This document shows, piece after piece, positions 14,154 to 28,411 of a stretch of DNA of 64,000 bases. The stretch comes from the human T2T-CHM13v2.0 reference genome, Homo sapiens. The position numbers were made by a program, and so were the translations under genes. Every line of letters starts with the position of its first letter. The first letter of the stretch is position 1. Location: NCBI RefSeq assembly GCF_009914755.1, contig NC_060932.1. One strand, 5' to 3'. A model generated the notes under the pieces. The model did no database searches. It was given only the letters and a program-made list of their open reading frames with translations, and was not told the DNA's origin.

Positions 14154-15447
14154 TATCAACTAAAAGCACACAATATAAATTTGGAAAGGAGACTTTATTT
14201 CCTATAAATGGTTTCAGCCTGCAGGGTGGCCATCTGACAGGCTGAGAAGTGCAGTCTTTGGCCAAAGCCATTAGCAGATCTTCACAGTAGGGAAGGATGA
14301 GATGGGAATCTATGTTGCACAGGTTAGCCAAGTGTACACATTCAACAGGTTATAGGAGGAGCTATGAATATTCATGAAGGGGGAAGAGTATTCTGTTTAT
14401 GTATACAGAGCAAACATGTATGTTACCTGCAGCCCATGTTCACATTGGCATGGAGACTTAATATTTAAATGTATCACAATTGGGCCCTATATGTCAAAAG
14501 ATGAAGTGAGGACACAAAGGCACTCCGTGCACAGCCTCCGTAAACCAGCCAGAATCAGTCCATAGTCAGTGATCTTTTTTTTCAGGTAGAAGTTACTGAA
14601 ATCAATCTCTTGTTCAATTGAAGCTGTAGTTACGGCTTGTGGAGCAGGGAGTAAGTCAGTGTCTGGCAGTAGATGAGCTGCAATTGTTTTCATGTTGCTT
14701 ATTTTGAGGCCAGTGCTTGTTTAGCTGCTAGAGAAAAAGAAAAATCTTGTGGCAGTTAGAAAATAGTTTATCCTTTCAGTGCTGGGTGTGATATGGCTTG
14801 GCTGTGTGTCCCCATCCAAATGTCATCTTGGATTATAATCTCTATAATCCCCATGTGTTGCCGGAGGAACCCAGTGGCAGGTGATTGGATCATAGGAGCA
14901 GTTTCCCCCATGCTGTTCTCATGATAGTGAGTGAGTTCTCACAAGATCTGATGGTTTTATAAGGGGCTCTTTCCTCTTTGCTCCTCACTCTTCTTTCTCC
15001 TGCTGCCTTGTGAAGAAGGTGCCTTCTTTCCCTTCTGCCGTGATTGCAAGTTTCCCGAGGCCTCCCCAGCCACACGGAACTGTGAGTCAATTCAACCTCT
15101 TTCCTTTGTAAATTACCCAGTCTCTGGTGGTATCGTTATAGCAGTGGGAAAATGGACTAAAACAGGGTGTGTGACTTAATCCTTACTTGGCACGGTCTTA
15201 GGTTCTATTTATAATTTGATATCTTGTTGCCACAAAGAGTTCATTCCATCAATCTTACAATCTCCATTTCAACATCAGTGCTGGTCACTTATGTCTATAC
15301 CATAAAAGGCAGGGAGTATAATGAAGTGTGTCTCTGACATCCCATCCTGTCATGGTTTGGAACCCAGTTTTTAATTAAGTTTTCTCTGAGGTCCCCTGGG
15401 TCAAGAGGAGGTCAGATAGGGGATTTAGATTTTATTTTTGGTGCTAA
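14154..15447 (-). mobile_element. ERV1 solo LTR, MER4D-like
   Basis: Reverse complement starts ...ACCAAAAATAAAATCTAAATCCCC...; 4-bp TSD GTAC (14150-14153/15448-15451); ~0.9 kb without the nested THE1. Confidence 0.75.
14789..15164 (+). mobile_element. THE1D-like MaLR solo LTR
   Basis: TGATATGGCTTGGCTGTGTGTCCCC...AATGGACTAAAACA; perfect 5-bp TSD GGGTG. Confidence 0.9.
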
Positions 15448-15603
15448 GTACTCATCATTAACATACAGAGCTAAAAGCACACTGGGCCTGAAGAATGTTT
15501 GAAGCATTAAACTAAAATTAATTGCTGGCTGTTGGGGAAGCTATAGCAACAGGATCATCAATTTCTCTCTCTTCTGATGAAGGGAACAGAAGAGAGACTG
15601 GAA

Positions 15604-16100
15604 CAGTGGTCCCCACCCTTTTTGGCACCAGGGGCCAGTTTCATGGAAGACAATTTTTCCATGGACCCCGGTTTGGAATGCTTCCATGGAGGGGATGGTT
15701 TTGGGATGCTTCAAGGACGTTACATTTATTGTGCACTTCATTTCTATTATTATTACATTGTAATATATAATGAAATAATTAGACAACTCACCATAATGTA
15801 GAATCAGTGGGAGCCCTGAGCTTGTTTCCTGCAACTAGACAGTCACATCTGGGGGTGATAAGAGACAGTGACAGATCATCAGGCATTAGATTCTCATAAA
15901 GAGTGTGCAACCTATATCCCTCACATGTGCATTTCACAATAGGATTCATGCTCCTATGAGAATCTAATGCCACTGCTGATCTGACAGGAGGTGGAGCTCC
16001 AGTGGTAATGCAAGTGATGGGGAGTGGCTGTAAATACAAATGAAGCTTTGCCCACTCACCCACTGCTCATCTCCTACTGTGCAGGGGTTGGGGACCCCTG
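15604..16100. mobile_element. MER1A hAT-Charlie DNA transposon
   Basis: TIRs CAGTGGTCCCCACCC / GGGGTTGGGGACCCCTG; internal GGCATTAGATTCTCATAA and TATGAGAATCTAATGCC; ~500 bp. Confidence 0.85.
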
Positions 16101-16129
16101 GGCGAGAGATTGGCAGGTAAAGGCACTGA

Positions 16130-17813
16130 GACACCAACACTGTATAGTGTTCTTCAAAAGGATATCAAATTTTGACTGCATAGATTTTTTCTTTTTGTTA
16201 TATATTTCCCTATAGCAAGCATGACCATCCTGTTTCTGCTGGTCGGCTCCTGTGAATCTCTTACAATTGACTATTTCTTCTAAATTCCATACACCACTTC
16301 TGATAGTAGCAAATACTTTGGCCAGTTTCTTTGCTGTTAACATTCTTGGTGCCTCAGGTATAACTTCTCCTCCCTCTGCCTCAACTTCTTTACATTTTTT
16401 TTTTCCAGTTCAGTCTTCCAGGTCATCATTGGAAAGCTCTCCAGCCTCAATGCCAACAAGCTCGTGAGTATCCTCTTCATCATTGTCCAACTCTAGCAGT
16501 TCCCAAGCAGTAATATCTTGTGTTTGTTTTACTAATTTCATCCACAGCAGAATTTTTGTTAAAGCCTTTGAATGTGTTCACATATGTTTTCAAAACTGTC
16601 TTTCAAAAGCCATTTATTCATTGCTGTGTGACTTCTTCCCATACTGCAGTGATATTCTGGACAGTATTTAGGATGTTAAAACCTTCCTAAAACTCAGATT
16701 CAGTAAACTTCAGATACAGCCAGATTCAGTCACTTCAACAGCCTGCACAAACGTTTGGCATAAGTAGTGTGCTTTAAACACAGCTATTGTGCCTTGGTTT
16801 GTTGGTTGAATCAGTGCGGTTGTGTATGTGTGGTGGCAAATGCACAACTTTCACAGCAGGATGCATGTCCCCAATATGCTGTGGATGCCCTGGAGTATTG
16901 TCTAAGATCAGAAGAATCTCGAATGAGATGTTGTTTTGCCTACAATATTCTCTTGCCTGTGGAATAAAACTGTTCAAAACCAGTCTTCAAACAATGCAGA
17001 TGTCACCCAGGGTTTCTTGTTATAGAGCTAATAAAGGGAAATGCATACTTGCTCACGTTTGTGAATGCTCTAGGGTTCCCCATGGTAGATTAGGAAAGTC
17101 TTTTATTTGCACCTTGCAATACTTCCATCCCAAAGCAGCATTACACAGTTCTTGAATGCCTTGATCCTGGCATTGTTTGGACTTTTGATGAGTGTATGTA
17201 CTCTCCAGCATATGCTTCCAGAACAAGCTTGTTTTATTGACATTAAATATTTGTTTCAGCAAATATTTCTAATTCACAATTACCCTCTGCAGCCCTTTCT
17301 TAAGAGCTTCAACACCTTCAGTATTGGCACTTGCTGCCTCACTACTGACCTTCACGTTATAAAAATTAAAATGACTTACGAAGGATTGGAACTGCCCGTG
17401 CCTTGCTATAAGCATGTTGTGTACATGAGGTCACTGAAACTCTCTTTTAGTGTATTGAAAACACTTCTTGCCTTAGTCTGGACCATTAGGAGAATAAGTG
17501 GTGTGGACTTCTGTATCTGGTCTTCTGTCCACATGACAAGTAATTTTTTCATATCATAAATCTGCTCAGCTCTTTTCTTCATGGTGATGATGGATTTAAC
17601 CAATGCTGACAATTTCACGCATTACTGATTTACTTCTTTTCCTTTAAGACGGCCGAGATAGTGGATTGTGAAAGTCCTAACTCCTCTTGCACTGGTCATT
17701 ACTGGCTTGCTGCCTTTATGCCAGGCAATTATCTTGAGTTTCATCTCAAGAGTAATTGCCTTTCTTTTCTTCTCACCAGAAGCAGGAGATACAGATGGGC
17801 ATTTTGTAGACAT
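16130..17813 (-). pseudogene. Disrupted pogo/Tigger DDE transposase (CENP-B-like HTH + DDE domain)
   Basis: ORF fragments MSTK...KKRKAITLEMKLKII, EQIYDMKKLLVMWTEDQIQK, IFNVNKTSLFWK, ILLILDNTPGHP and CYREIYNKKKK lie in colinear order across frameshifts and stops. Confidence 0.9.
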
Positions 17814-18461
17814 GATGGGATGTGAAAACACTAAACACTGTTTACCGCTCTGATCCTGTGGCTGACTGGGAGCTGTGGCTTGCTACAGCATCATGGCAGA
17901 GTAATGCTAGCACAGGAAAAGATCAAAATTCAAAATGTGGTTTCTAGTGAATGCATATCACTTTTGTGTCATGATAATGTAAAAAAAGTCAAGTCAAAAC
18001 ATCATAAGTTGGGGACCATCTATAGTCTGTTTTATAAAACCTTTATAAAATTTATTTCTCTCCATTGACCTCGTTAATATTACAAGAATGTTACCTGAAT
18101 TCCACTCACACCCATCTAACCTCTAACCAGATTAAGAAATAGAACAATCCTGGAATCCCATAAACTCTTCTTAGGCTGTGACCTGCTACTCCCTCTTCCC
18201 AGAGGCAACCACAGTCCTTGCTTCTCTTGCTCCAGATTAATTATGCTGGTTTATAAACTGTGTATTAGGTTATAATATGGTATCCACTTATTATACCTAG
18301 TGTTTTTCCCTAATGACATGACTATGTACTTTATTATGTGGTTGTATGTAACAAAGTTTAACTCATTTCCATGGGTGTTTTGTTTCCCATTGTATGGACA
18401 TAACATCATTTGTTGATCCATTTCTTATGACAGACATGTGGGTGGCTACCAGTTTGGGGCT

Positions 18462-18918
18462 TGTCATAGGTCGTGTTTCCTAGAAGCATAACTTAAGACA
18501 GGAATTCCTGTACAAGTGATTCACTGAGAAGCCGTTTTTAGAAGAAACCAGTAATGAGGTGAAGGAAGCAGGATGGGGAAAGTTCTGTGGCTAGGGGAGA
18601 AGCTAAGGGTAAATGTGGGTTCAGGTAAAGCCCAGCCCCAGTCTGATCCTGTAGGAAGCTCTGGAGCATAAATTCCACCACGGAATCTGGCCTGCCTTAA
18701 GGAAAGAGAGTGAGGCTTTTGCTTTCTCCAGTGGTCAGTCCTGGCTCCGGGCCACCCAAGGTGGTGCATATGAATTTACCTCTTAGGAAGTTTTGGGGAA
18801 GGCAGTCCCAATTGCTCAGGGCAGTGCTCTGAGGAGGTTGCAGGTACAAGCCATTGACAGTGGCCACTGCAACAGGAAAGCAGATGACATCCGGGGGTCA
18901 TTTTTAACAGCGTCCACT
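18462..18918 (-). mobile_element. LTR16-like ERVL solo LTR
   Basis: TGTCATAGGTCGTGTTTCCTAGAAGCATAACTTAAGACAGGAATTCCTGTACAAGTGATT resembles the reverse complement of the LTR16 end. Confidence 0.65.
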
Positions 18919-18945
18919 TCAGCTGATATAAAACATGCTGCTATT

Positions 18946-19120
18946 GGGGTCAGGACTAGTGTGAGGCAAGGGAGGCACCTAGGGAACAAAATTTAAAGAA
19001 CCAAGCACCCTCAAGGCTCTGCAAAGTGCAGGATCAGCACTTACATGATCCTGAGAATGACAGCCTATTTCAATTGTGCACCCTAGGTGCCTTGCTGACC
19101 TCACCCTAGTCCAGGACTTG
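18946..19120. mobile_element. MER96-like hAT MITE (palindromic)
   Basis: GGACTAGTGTGAGG...GGCACCTAGGG pairs with CCCTAGGTGCC...CCTCACCCTAGTCC; 8-bp TSD CTGCTATT/CTGCTATG; 175 bp. Confidence 0.75.
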
Positions 19121-19517
19121 CTGCTATGAACACTTTGCACTTCTTTAGTGCATATATGCCTATGCATCTGCTGGATATAGACTCAGGAGTGGCATTGCTA
19201 AGCCATAGAGTATGTGGGTATGTTTATATCCAGCTTTAGTAGATATGGCCTAACAGTTTTTCAAAAACGGTTGTATCAATTTTCACACCCACTATCAGAG
19301 TATTGAATTCCAGTGCTACACATTCTTTGTATTTTCAGTTTTTCTAATTTTAGCCATTCTGGTCAGATATATTGTTATCTCAGTGGGTTTAATTTGCATT
19401 TTCTTGATTACTAGTGACATTGAACACATTTTCATATTCATTGATTATGCATTGTTTAGTGCTTTTGTTTTTTATTCGTCCAATTGTGTTTGTTCTCTGA
19501 TTTTTATTGATTTATAG

Positions 19518-19520
<3 letters not shown>

Positions 19521-19553
<33 letters not shown>
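19521..19553. repeat. (GA)n microsatellite
   Basis: About 16 GA units. Confidence 0.95.
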
Positions 19554-19557
<4 letters not shown>

Positions 19558-20030
19558 ACAGAGAGCATTATCCTGGACACAAATTCTTTATAGATAATAT
19601 TTATTGAAAACATCTTGTTCCCACCCTGTGGCTTTCTATTTACTCATTTAATGGCATCTTTTGATGAACAGAAGTTCCTAATTTTAATATAGTCCAACTC
19701 TTAGCAATCTTTTTTTATAAGGTTTTCTTATTTTTGTGTTCTGTGTAAGAAACCGTCACTACCCCGAGGTTATGTATATTTTAATTTATCTTCTAGAAGT
19801 TTTATAGTTTATATTTAAATAAATTTTTATTTTACGGTAGCCTTAGATTTCCAGACAAGCTGTAAAGATAATGCAGAAAGTTCCTATGTATTCTTCACTC
19901 AGTTTCCCCTATGGTTAGCATCTTATATTACTGTGGCACATTCACCACAGCTAGTGAATCAAATACTGATGCATTATTATTAACTAAAGTCCTTACTTTA
20001 TTGAGATTTTCTTAGTTTTTTCCAATATCT

Positions 20031-20244
<214 letters not shown>

Positions 20245-21112
20245 TCCAATATCTTTTATCTGTTTCAGAATCCCACTCAGGATACCACATCATGTTTAGT
20301 CTTCATGTCTGCTTAGACACCTATGGCTGTGATAATTTCTTAGATTTTTTTGCTGTTTTTTTTTTTATGGCTTTGACAATTTTAAAGAGTTTTAATCAAA
20401 TGTTTGTAGAATGTCCCTCAGTTTGGATCTGTCTGATGTTCTCTCCTGCTTAGACTAGGGTGATGGGGTTTTGGGAGAAAGACACAGTATCTTCCCAAAA
20501 CACGGTCTCAAGAATACATGCTATCAACATGACTTGTCACTGATGATGTTAATTCTGATCCCCTGGCTAAAGTCATGCTGCCAGTTTTTTCCATTGTGGA
20601 GTCACTATCCTCTCCCCCTTTTCTACACTGTACTCTGGAGCAAGTTCCTAAGCATAGTTTGGAACTTAAGGTTCTATCTCCTTGAGGGCACAGAAGCTAC
20701 ATAAATTATTTGGAATTATTCTGTATGGTGGATTTGTGTCTTTCTCCTCCTCCATTTATTTATTTATTCAGTCATTTATTTACATTGATATGGATTCATG
20801 GATATTTATTTTAGACTTTGAGTTATTTATTTTTTTGTTCAAGTTGTTTCAGTTTTGACCAATGACTCTGTTGGCTCATGTGTCTTTTTAATATGACCCA
20901 ATCCTTCTTTTTTATTACTTCTTTACTTTCTAGCACCTCAAGATTCTTCAGGTCAGTTTTGCATCTTCCATGCCCCCATCCCAGAATCAGCCATTTCTCT
21001 AAAAAGCCCTGGTTCCCTTTATTGGAGAATGGTATTAGAAACCAAGATCTGAGTGTTAGGTGTGCTTGTTATACTGGGGCAGGTGTCATGTTTCTAGGCC
21101 TTCTCAGAGGAC

Positions 21113-21968
21113 TGTTAGAGAAAAATTATTTAATGATATGTATTAAAGCATGGTAAGGAAGATTTTATTCAAGGCTATCACAGTTGATGTAGGGGCTGCT
21201 GCAACACATCTTCCAGTGGAGGAGAGAGATTGGATTCAACTCTGAATACAGCATGAGCAAGTGGGAAATGATAGCCAAGGAGCAGTATGGGAGTCAGTGA
21301 GTGAGAATTTACTAAGAGTAAACATCAGGATAAAGGAAATTCTGGCTCAACTGACCTAAAAGGATTATTGCTGAAGATAGGCCAGAGTCATCAGACATTG
21401 CCTGGGGGTGGGGGAGGATGAGGAACTTGATTAGATATTAAGGATGAGGGCTTCTCACTAAACTGAGTTAGCAGGTGTATTGGTCCATTTTCATACTGCT
21501 ATAAAGAACTGCCTGACACTGGGTAATTTATAAAGAAAAGAGATTTAATTGACTCACAGTTCAGCATGGCTGAGAAGGCCTCAGGAAACTTACAGTCATG
21601 GTAGAAGGCAAAGGAGAAGCAAGGCACCCTCTTCACAAGGCAGCAGGAAGGAGAATGAACGCAGGAGGAACTACCAAACACTTATAAAACTATCAGATCT
21701 CTTGAGAACTCACTCACTATCACAAGAACAGCATGGGGGAAACTGCTGCCATGATCCAATTACTTCCGCTTGGTCTCTCCCTTGATATGTGGGGATTACA
21801 GAGATTATGGAGATTATAATTCAAGATGAGATTTTGGGTCGGAACACAGCCAGACAGTATCAGCAAGATTCTTTGTTAAAACTGGAATTTGCAAGGAAGT
21901 GCACAGATGGTGCTAGCAAAAGATTCAGAAGCCTGACTAAAGTTTGTCCAAGCAAATAATCTTTGTCA
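21113..21968 (-). mobile_element. MER31-like ERV1 solo LTR interrupted by THE1D
   Basis: TG...CA termini, GCCTGACTAAAGTTTGTCCAAG...CTTTGTCA end; perfect 4-bp TSD GGAC. Confidence 0.8.
21476..21862 (-). mobile_element. THE1D-like MaLR solo LTR
   Basis: TGTATTGGTCCATTTTCATACTGCTATAAAGAACTGCCTGA...TATCA; TSD GCAGG/GCAAG. Confidence 0.9.
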
Positions 21969-22264
21969 GGACAGAGCTAAGAAATATATGTATGTGCATT
22001 CAAACCATTTATGCACGTATCACACACATCTGTAATTATTTTTATGCCTATGCAGTAGTATCTATATTAAGCTAAACATTAGTTAATACCGATGGTTCCA
22101 ACTTTAATTCAATATCACATGGATAATTCTAGTCTTTCTGCTTGTCTGTAACCTCCCAATACAACAGTGAAAAATCTAGTTTCCACTGTCTATTTACATA
22201 TTGTTTGGTCACTGTATGCATTCACAGTGGGTTTCAGAATTGTTTTTGTTTTTCTTTTTGAGTC

Positions 22265-22850
<586 letters not shown>

Positions 22851-23123
22851 TGAGTAAGTGGGATTACAGGTACCCACCACCACATCCCACTAATTTTTGT
22901 ATTTTAGTAGAGATGGGGTTTCACCATGTTGCCCATGCTGGTCTTCAACTTCTGGGCTCAAGTGATCTGCCTGCCTCGGCCTCCCAAAGTGCTGGGATTA
23001 CAGGTCTGAGCCACTGTGCCTGGCCTTCAGTGTTGTTTTAATCTGTGTTTCCATAAAGATAATTAATGTTGAACATCTTTTTACATGCTTATTTACCGTC
23101 TGTATATATTCTTTAGTGAGGGA

Positions 23124-23706
23124 TGTCAATCAAGGAAAATGACCAAGGCAAGACAATCATTTTAGATTTATTTGCCAAAGTTAAGGACACGCATCCTGGA
23201 GACAAGTCTATACCTTTTTCTGAAGATGGTTTTGAGGGCTTCAAATTTCAAGAGGAAAGGGCAGGATATTGAGAAATACACAGTTTTCATGTGAGGGCAG
23301 GTAGAGGAAAATGGTCATTCATGCATTTGTCTGCCTCAGTGAATCTGCATTTTTACATAAAATAATATAGACAATAGGGCAGAGGAAACAATCAGATATG
23401 CATTTGTCTAAGGTGGGCAGAGGAATGACTTTGAGTTCTGCCCTATGTCCCAGCACCTGTGAAGATAAGCTATCAATTTACATTGCCAGGGTGAGTTTTA
23501 ACAGAAACACTTTAGGGTAAAGATCTTGGGGCCCACAAGAAATTTCCTTGTGTGCAAAATATCAAGGAGGCATATAGCTTTTCATCTTTGTAGTCATCTT
23601 GTTTAGGAACCAAAATGGGAGGCAGGTTTGCATGACCCAGTTTCCAGCTTGACTTTTCCCTTTGGCTTAGTGAATTTGTGAGCGGAATATTTACTTTCCT
23701 TTCACA
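23124..23706 (-). mobile_element. MER4A-like ERV1 solo LTR
   Basis: Reverse complement begins TGTGAAAGGAAAGTAAAT...CACTAAGCCAAAGGGAAAAGTCAAGCTGG. Confidence 0.85.
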
Positions 23707-24783
23707 GGTGTCTGTTGAGACATTTTGCCTGTTTTAATTTGGGCTGTTTGTTTCCTTACTGTTGTGTTTTAAGTCTTCTTTGGATATTCTTCATATAAGT
23801 CTTTTATCAGATATTTGATTTTCAATATTTTATCCCAGTGTCGTTTCATTCTCTTAACAATTTCTTCACAGAGTAAAAAGTTTTAATGTTAATGAATTCC
23901 AACTTATCAATTTTTCTTTTATAATAAAGTCAACTTTTCAATTTTGCTGTACTTTTTGCTATTGTATCGAAAACTCTGTATACATAAAATATGCATCCAC
24001 AAAATATAAAATAAAATAAAAACTCATCACCAAACGTAAAGTCATGCAGATTTTCTCCATGTCTTCTTCTAGAAGCTTTCTAACTTTGCATTTTATATTT
24101 AGTTCTGTGATCCATTCTCTTTAATTAGAAGCTTTACTTCTTAAGCTCTTACATTTAGATCTAAAAACCTCATGGAATTGATTTTTTTTTTTTGGTAGGG
24201 GACAAAATAGGGGTCAAAATTCTTTTTTTTCTCCATATGAATTTTAGTTGACACAGCACTATTTGCTGAAAAGATTGTCCATTACTCACTAGTCTGCAGT
24301 GTCACCTTTGTCATAAATAAAGTGTCCTTATTTGGCTCTATTTCTGGACTTTATTCTGGTCCACTGGTATATTTGTCTGCCTTTGTACCAAGGCCATACT
24401 GTCTTAATTAGTGCAGCTTTATAAGAAGCACTTATACTGGTTAGTGTAAATTCTCCAACTTTCTTCTTTTTTAAGATTGTCTTGGCTATTTTTTTTGACT
24501 ATTTGTATTTTCATATGAATTTGAGAACAAGCTTGAAATTTCCCTAAAGAAACTAGGAATCCTGGTTAAGATGGTATCAAATTTATAAATTGTGGATAGT
24601 ACAATATTAAATTTTAATAATATTATAATAACCCTTTCCAGGCATGAACATGATATATTCTGCCATTTATTTGAGTCTTCTTTAATTATCCTCAATAGTC
24701 TTTTATAATTTTTTTTGGTTGCAGAGTTCTTGAATATCTTTAATTAAATTTATATTTATGTATTTGGAGTTTTTTAGTTACTC

Positions 24784-25235
24784 TTTGAAAGGAAAATATC
24801 TTGAGGCCCCCAAAACACTAAGCTAAAGGGAAAAGCCAAGCTGGGAACTGCTTAGTGCAAACTTGCCTCCCATTCTATTCAAAGTCATCCAAAGTCTGCC
24901 CAATGAGATAAATACATATCTGATTGCCTCCTTTGGAGAGGCTAATCAGGAACTCAAAAGAATGCAACCATTTGTCTCTCATCTACCTATGACCTGGAAG
25001 CCCCCTCCCCACTTGGAGTTGTCCCACCTTTCCAGGCTGAACCAATGTTCATCTTACATATTTTGATTGATCCCTCATGTCTCCCTAAAATGTATAAAAC
25101 AAAACTGTGTTCAGACCACCTTGGGCACGTGTTGGCAGGACCTCCTGAGGCTGTGTCATGGGTGTCATTCCTTAACTTTGGCAAAATAAACTTTCTAAAT
25201 TAACTGAGATTTGTCTCAGATTTTCAGGGTTCACA
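24784..25235 (+). mobile_element. MER4A1-like ERV1 solo LTR
   Basis: TGAAAGGAAAATATCTTGAGGCCCCCAAAACACTAAGCTAAAGGG...AATAAA...GGGTTCACA. Confidence 0.85.
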
Positions 25236-25295
25236 TTATATACGTGTGTATGTGTGTGTGTATGTAGAGAGAGATATATATAATTAATTAATTAA

Positions 25296-25627
25296 TTTAT
25301 TTATTTTATTTTTATTTATTATTATTATTTTTTTTGAGACAGAGTCTTGCTCTGTTGCCCAGGCTGGAGTGCAGTGGCGCGGTCTCGGCTCACTGCAAGC
25401 TCCACCTCCCAGGTTAACACCATTCTACTGCCTCAGCCTCCTGAGTAGCTGGGACTACAGGTGCCCGACACCACGCCCGGCTAATTTTTGTGTGTGTGTG
25501 TGTGTTTTTAGTAGAGACGGGATTTCACCGTCTTAGCCAGGATGGTCTTGATCTTGTGACCTCGTGATCCGCCCACCTCGGCGTCCCAAAGTGCTGGGAT
25601 TACAGTCGTGAGCCACCGCACCTGGCC
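25296..25627 (-). mobile_element. AluY with (CA)n linker
   Basis: Y-diagnostic GCAAGCTCC, CACCATTC, TTAGCCAGGATGG, GACCTCGTGATCC; several CpGs retained. Confidence 0.92.
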
Positions 25628-25744
25628 ATATATATTTAATTTTTTATTCTTTATTCCTGGTATATAGAAATACAATTGACTTTTTTAAAGTATCAATCTG
25701 TATCTAGTGATTAATTGTAATAGTTCTCTTTATTTTTTCTTTGG

Positions 25745-26231
25745 CTACTGGGCTGAATATCTTCCATGTGCCTCCCTAAATATGCATTAATGGTCTTCCA
25801 CTCTTCTCTGCTCTAATGATTAATGATCAAAGGATCCAATGCCTTTTGCTCCCTGCTGAGCTTGGTCAATGGGAGCTTCACTGGAGAGAGTTGTCAGTGA
25901 GGGAGGAGAGTGCAGCCAGGGTATTTATTCCTGTTTCTACCCCTCTGGGATTGCCACTGGCTGGCTGTATCTTTCAACAGATGATCATAGCTCCTCTTAA
26001 AACAGCTGATTCCAGAGGGATCACTCTCCTAATTTCTAAAACTGCTTGTTCCCTTGGGCTTAGAGGTGATGAAAATTCTAGTGCCTGCTGGCCCTGGGTC
26101 TCTTCACTATTCCTTGTGCTTCCACTACATTCTGCCTGCAATTTTCTAGTTGTCCTCTTGTAAGTAAATTCTGTTTGAACTATCCCAATTTGCATATGCT
26201 ATCTGTTACTGTTGAGATCTTAACTGAAACA
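25745..26231 (+). mobile_element. LTR33-like ERVL LTR relic
   Basis: CCTGCTGAGCTTGGTCAATGGGAG...ACTGGAGAGAG and terminal ATCTGTT...CTTAACTGAAACA. Confidence 0.55.
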
Positions 26232-26826
26232 GGTAGAGACTTCCAAAATAGTGGAGCTCATATTGCATGGATGGGAATAAAAAAGTTTGTAAGTATCTTC
26301 TTAGGAGAGCCACAACTGCCTTATTTCTACTTTTGTCCCTTAGTTCCCACCTCCTATTCTAGCAATGGGAGAAATGGCACCAAACATTGGCTGCTGGTTC
26401 AGAATATATTCCACATATGCAAGATAGTCCTCATGCTTACAAGATACTGGAGGTAAGGACTTCAAGATGTGAGTTTTGAAGAGGTACAATTTAGTCCATT
26501 ACAGAAGATAAAATCACGTATTTTCTGTATTCTTAATTGATCTAATAAATAACTGTTTGCTCAATATTATAATAATATCACTATATTGGGTGATTATAGT
26601 TTATGGATAAATGAAATAAAAGACAATGTGTAATGACAATAAAGAAAAGGTAAAGAAAAATCAAGAATACTCTGTTTTAAGGTACCTACACAACCTGTGA
26701 AGTGGCTGTAGAGAAAGTAGATGGATTAATTGTAAATGTGTACTACAAACTCTAAGATAACTATGAATTTTTTTGAAATAAATATATACTAAGATAGAGA
26801 GAAAATGGAGGTATATAAAATGATAG

Positions 26827-27143
<317 letters not shown>

Positions 27144-28058
27144 AAGAGGAATATTTTAAAAAGAAACAAAGAAAGGATAATGAATAGAAAGTTACAAATA
27201 TGGTTTAAATTAATCCAACTATATCAATAATAACTTTAAATGTGAATGGTGTAAATACACCAATTAAAAGACAGGCTGTCAGAGTAGATAAAACACAGGA
27301 CCCAACTATATATTGTCTAAAAGAAAGCTATCTTAAATGTAAAGGTACAAATAGGTTAAAAGTAAAAGGATGAAGAACAATATACCATGATAACACTAAT
27401 GAAAAGAAAGCTGAAGTAGTTATAATAATTTAAATCAAAGTTGACTTCAGAGCAAGGAAAATTATGTGATGAAGAGAGGCTTTACATAATAATAAAGGGG
27501 CCAATTCTCTAAGAAGGTGTAATAATCCTTAATAAGTATATGCCTACCTGAGGCAAAAACTGATAGAACTGTAAGGAATAATAGACAAATTAACAATTGT
27601 CTCTGGGGACTTCAATACCCCTCTACTAGTAAATGACAGATCCAGCGGGCAGAATATCCTAACGGCATAGTCGATCAACTGAATTTAATTGACATTTATG
27701 GAATACTTCATCCAGCAATGCCAGAATACACATTCTTCTCTAGCTCACATGGAATATCAACCAAGACAGACTACATTCTGAACCATAAAACATATTTTAA
27801 CAAATTTAAAATAATAGAAACCATACAAAATATGCTGTCAGACCACAATGGAACTAAACTAGAAATCAATAACAGAAAGATAGCTGAAAAATCCCCAAAT
27901 ATTTAAGACAACATACTTCTAAATAATAAATGGGTCAAAGAAGTCCCAAGAATAATGTAAAAATATTTCAAACTAAATGAAAATTAAAAATGCAATTTAT
28001 TAAAATTTGTGGGGTATAGCAAAAGCAGTATTTAGGGGAAAATTTATAGCATCGAATG

Positions 28059-28411
28059 TGTATTAATCTGCTTGAACTGCCATAACAAAAGACCACAGAT
28101 TGAGTGGCTAAAACAATAATTTTTTCTCTCTTAGCCCTAGAGGCTAGAAGTCCAAGATCAAGATGTCATCAGGGTCTCTTTCTGGTGAGGCCTTGCTTCC
28201 AGTCTTATAGATGGCTGCCTTCTTGCTGTGTAATCACATGGTCTTTTTCCTGTGGTCCAATCTAATAGGACTGGTGTCCTTATAAGAATATCTTTATGAC
28301 ATCATTTAATTTTTATGGCCTTCTTATAGACCCTAACTCCAAATATGGTAACATTGGGAGTTAAGGCTTCAAAATATGAGTTTTGGGAGGAACACAATTC
28401 AGTTCATAATA
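28059..28411 (-). mobile_element. MLT1A-like MaLR solo LTR inserted in L1 ORF2
   Basis: TGTATTAATCTGCTTGAACTGCCATAACAAAAGACCACAGA...ACACAATTCAGTTCATAATA. Confidence 0.85.

Larger units (their letters stand above)
13899..18022 (-). mobile_element. Near-full-length Tigger5-like (MER47-ended) DNA transposon, interrupted by MER4D/THE1D and MER1A
   Basis: TA|CAGATGCTCTTTGACTTATGATG at 13899 and CATCATAAGTTGGGGACCATCTA|TA at 18022 form TIRs with a TA TSD; ~2.3 kb after removing insertions; transposase remnant inside. Confidence 0.85.

Noticed and set aside
23124-25235. MER4A and MER4A1 as paired proviral LTRs
   Set aside because: Opposite orientation, different internal structure, and L1 sequence between them
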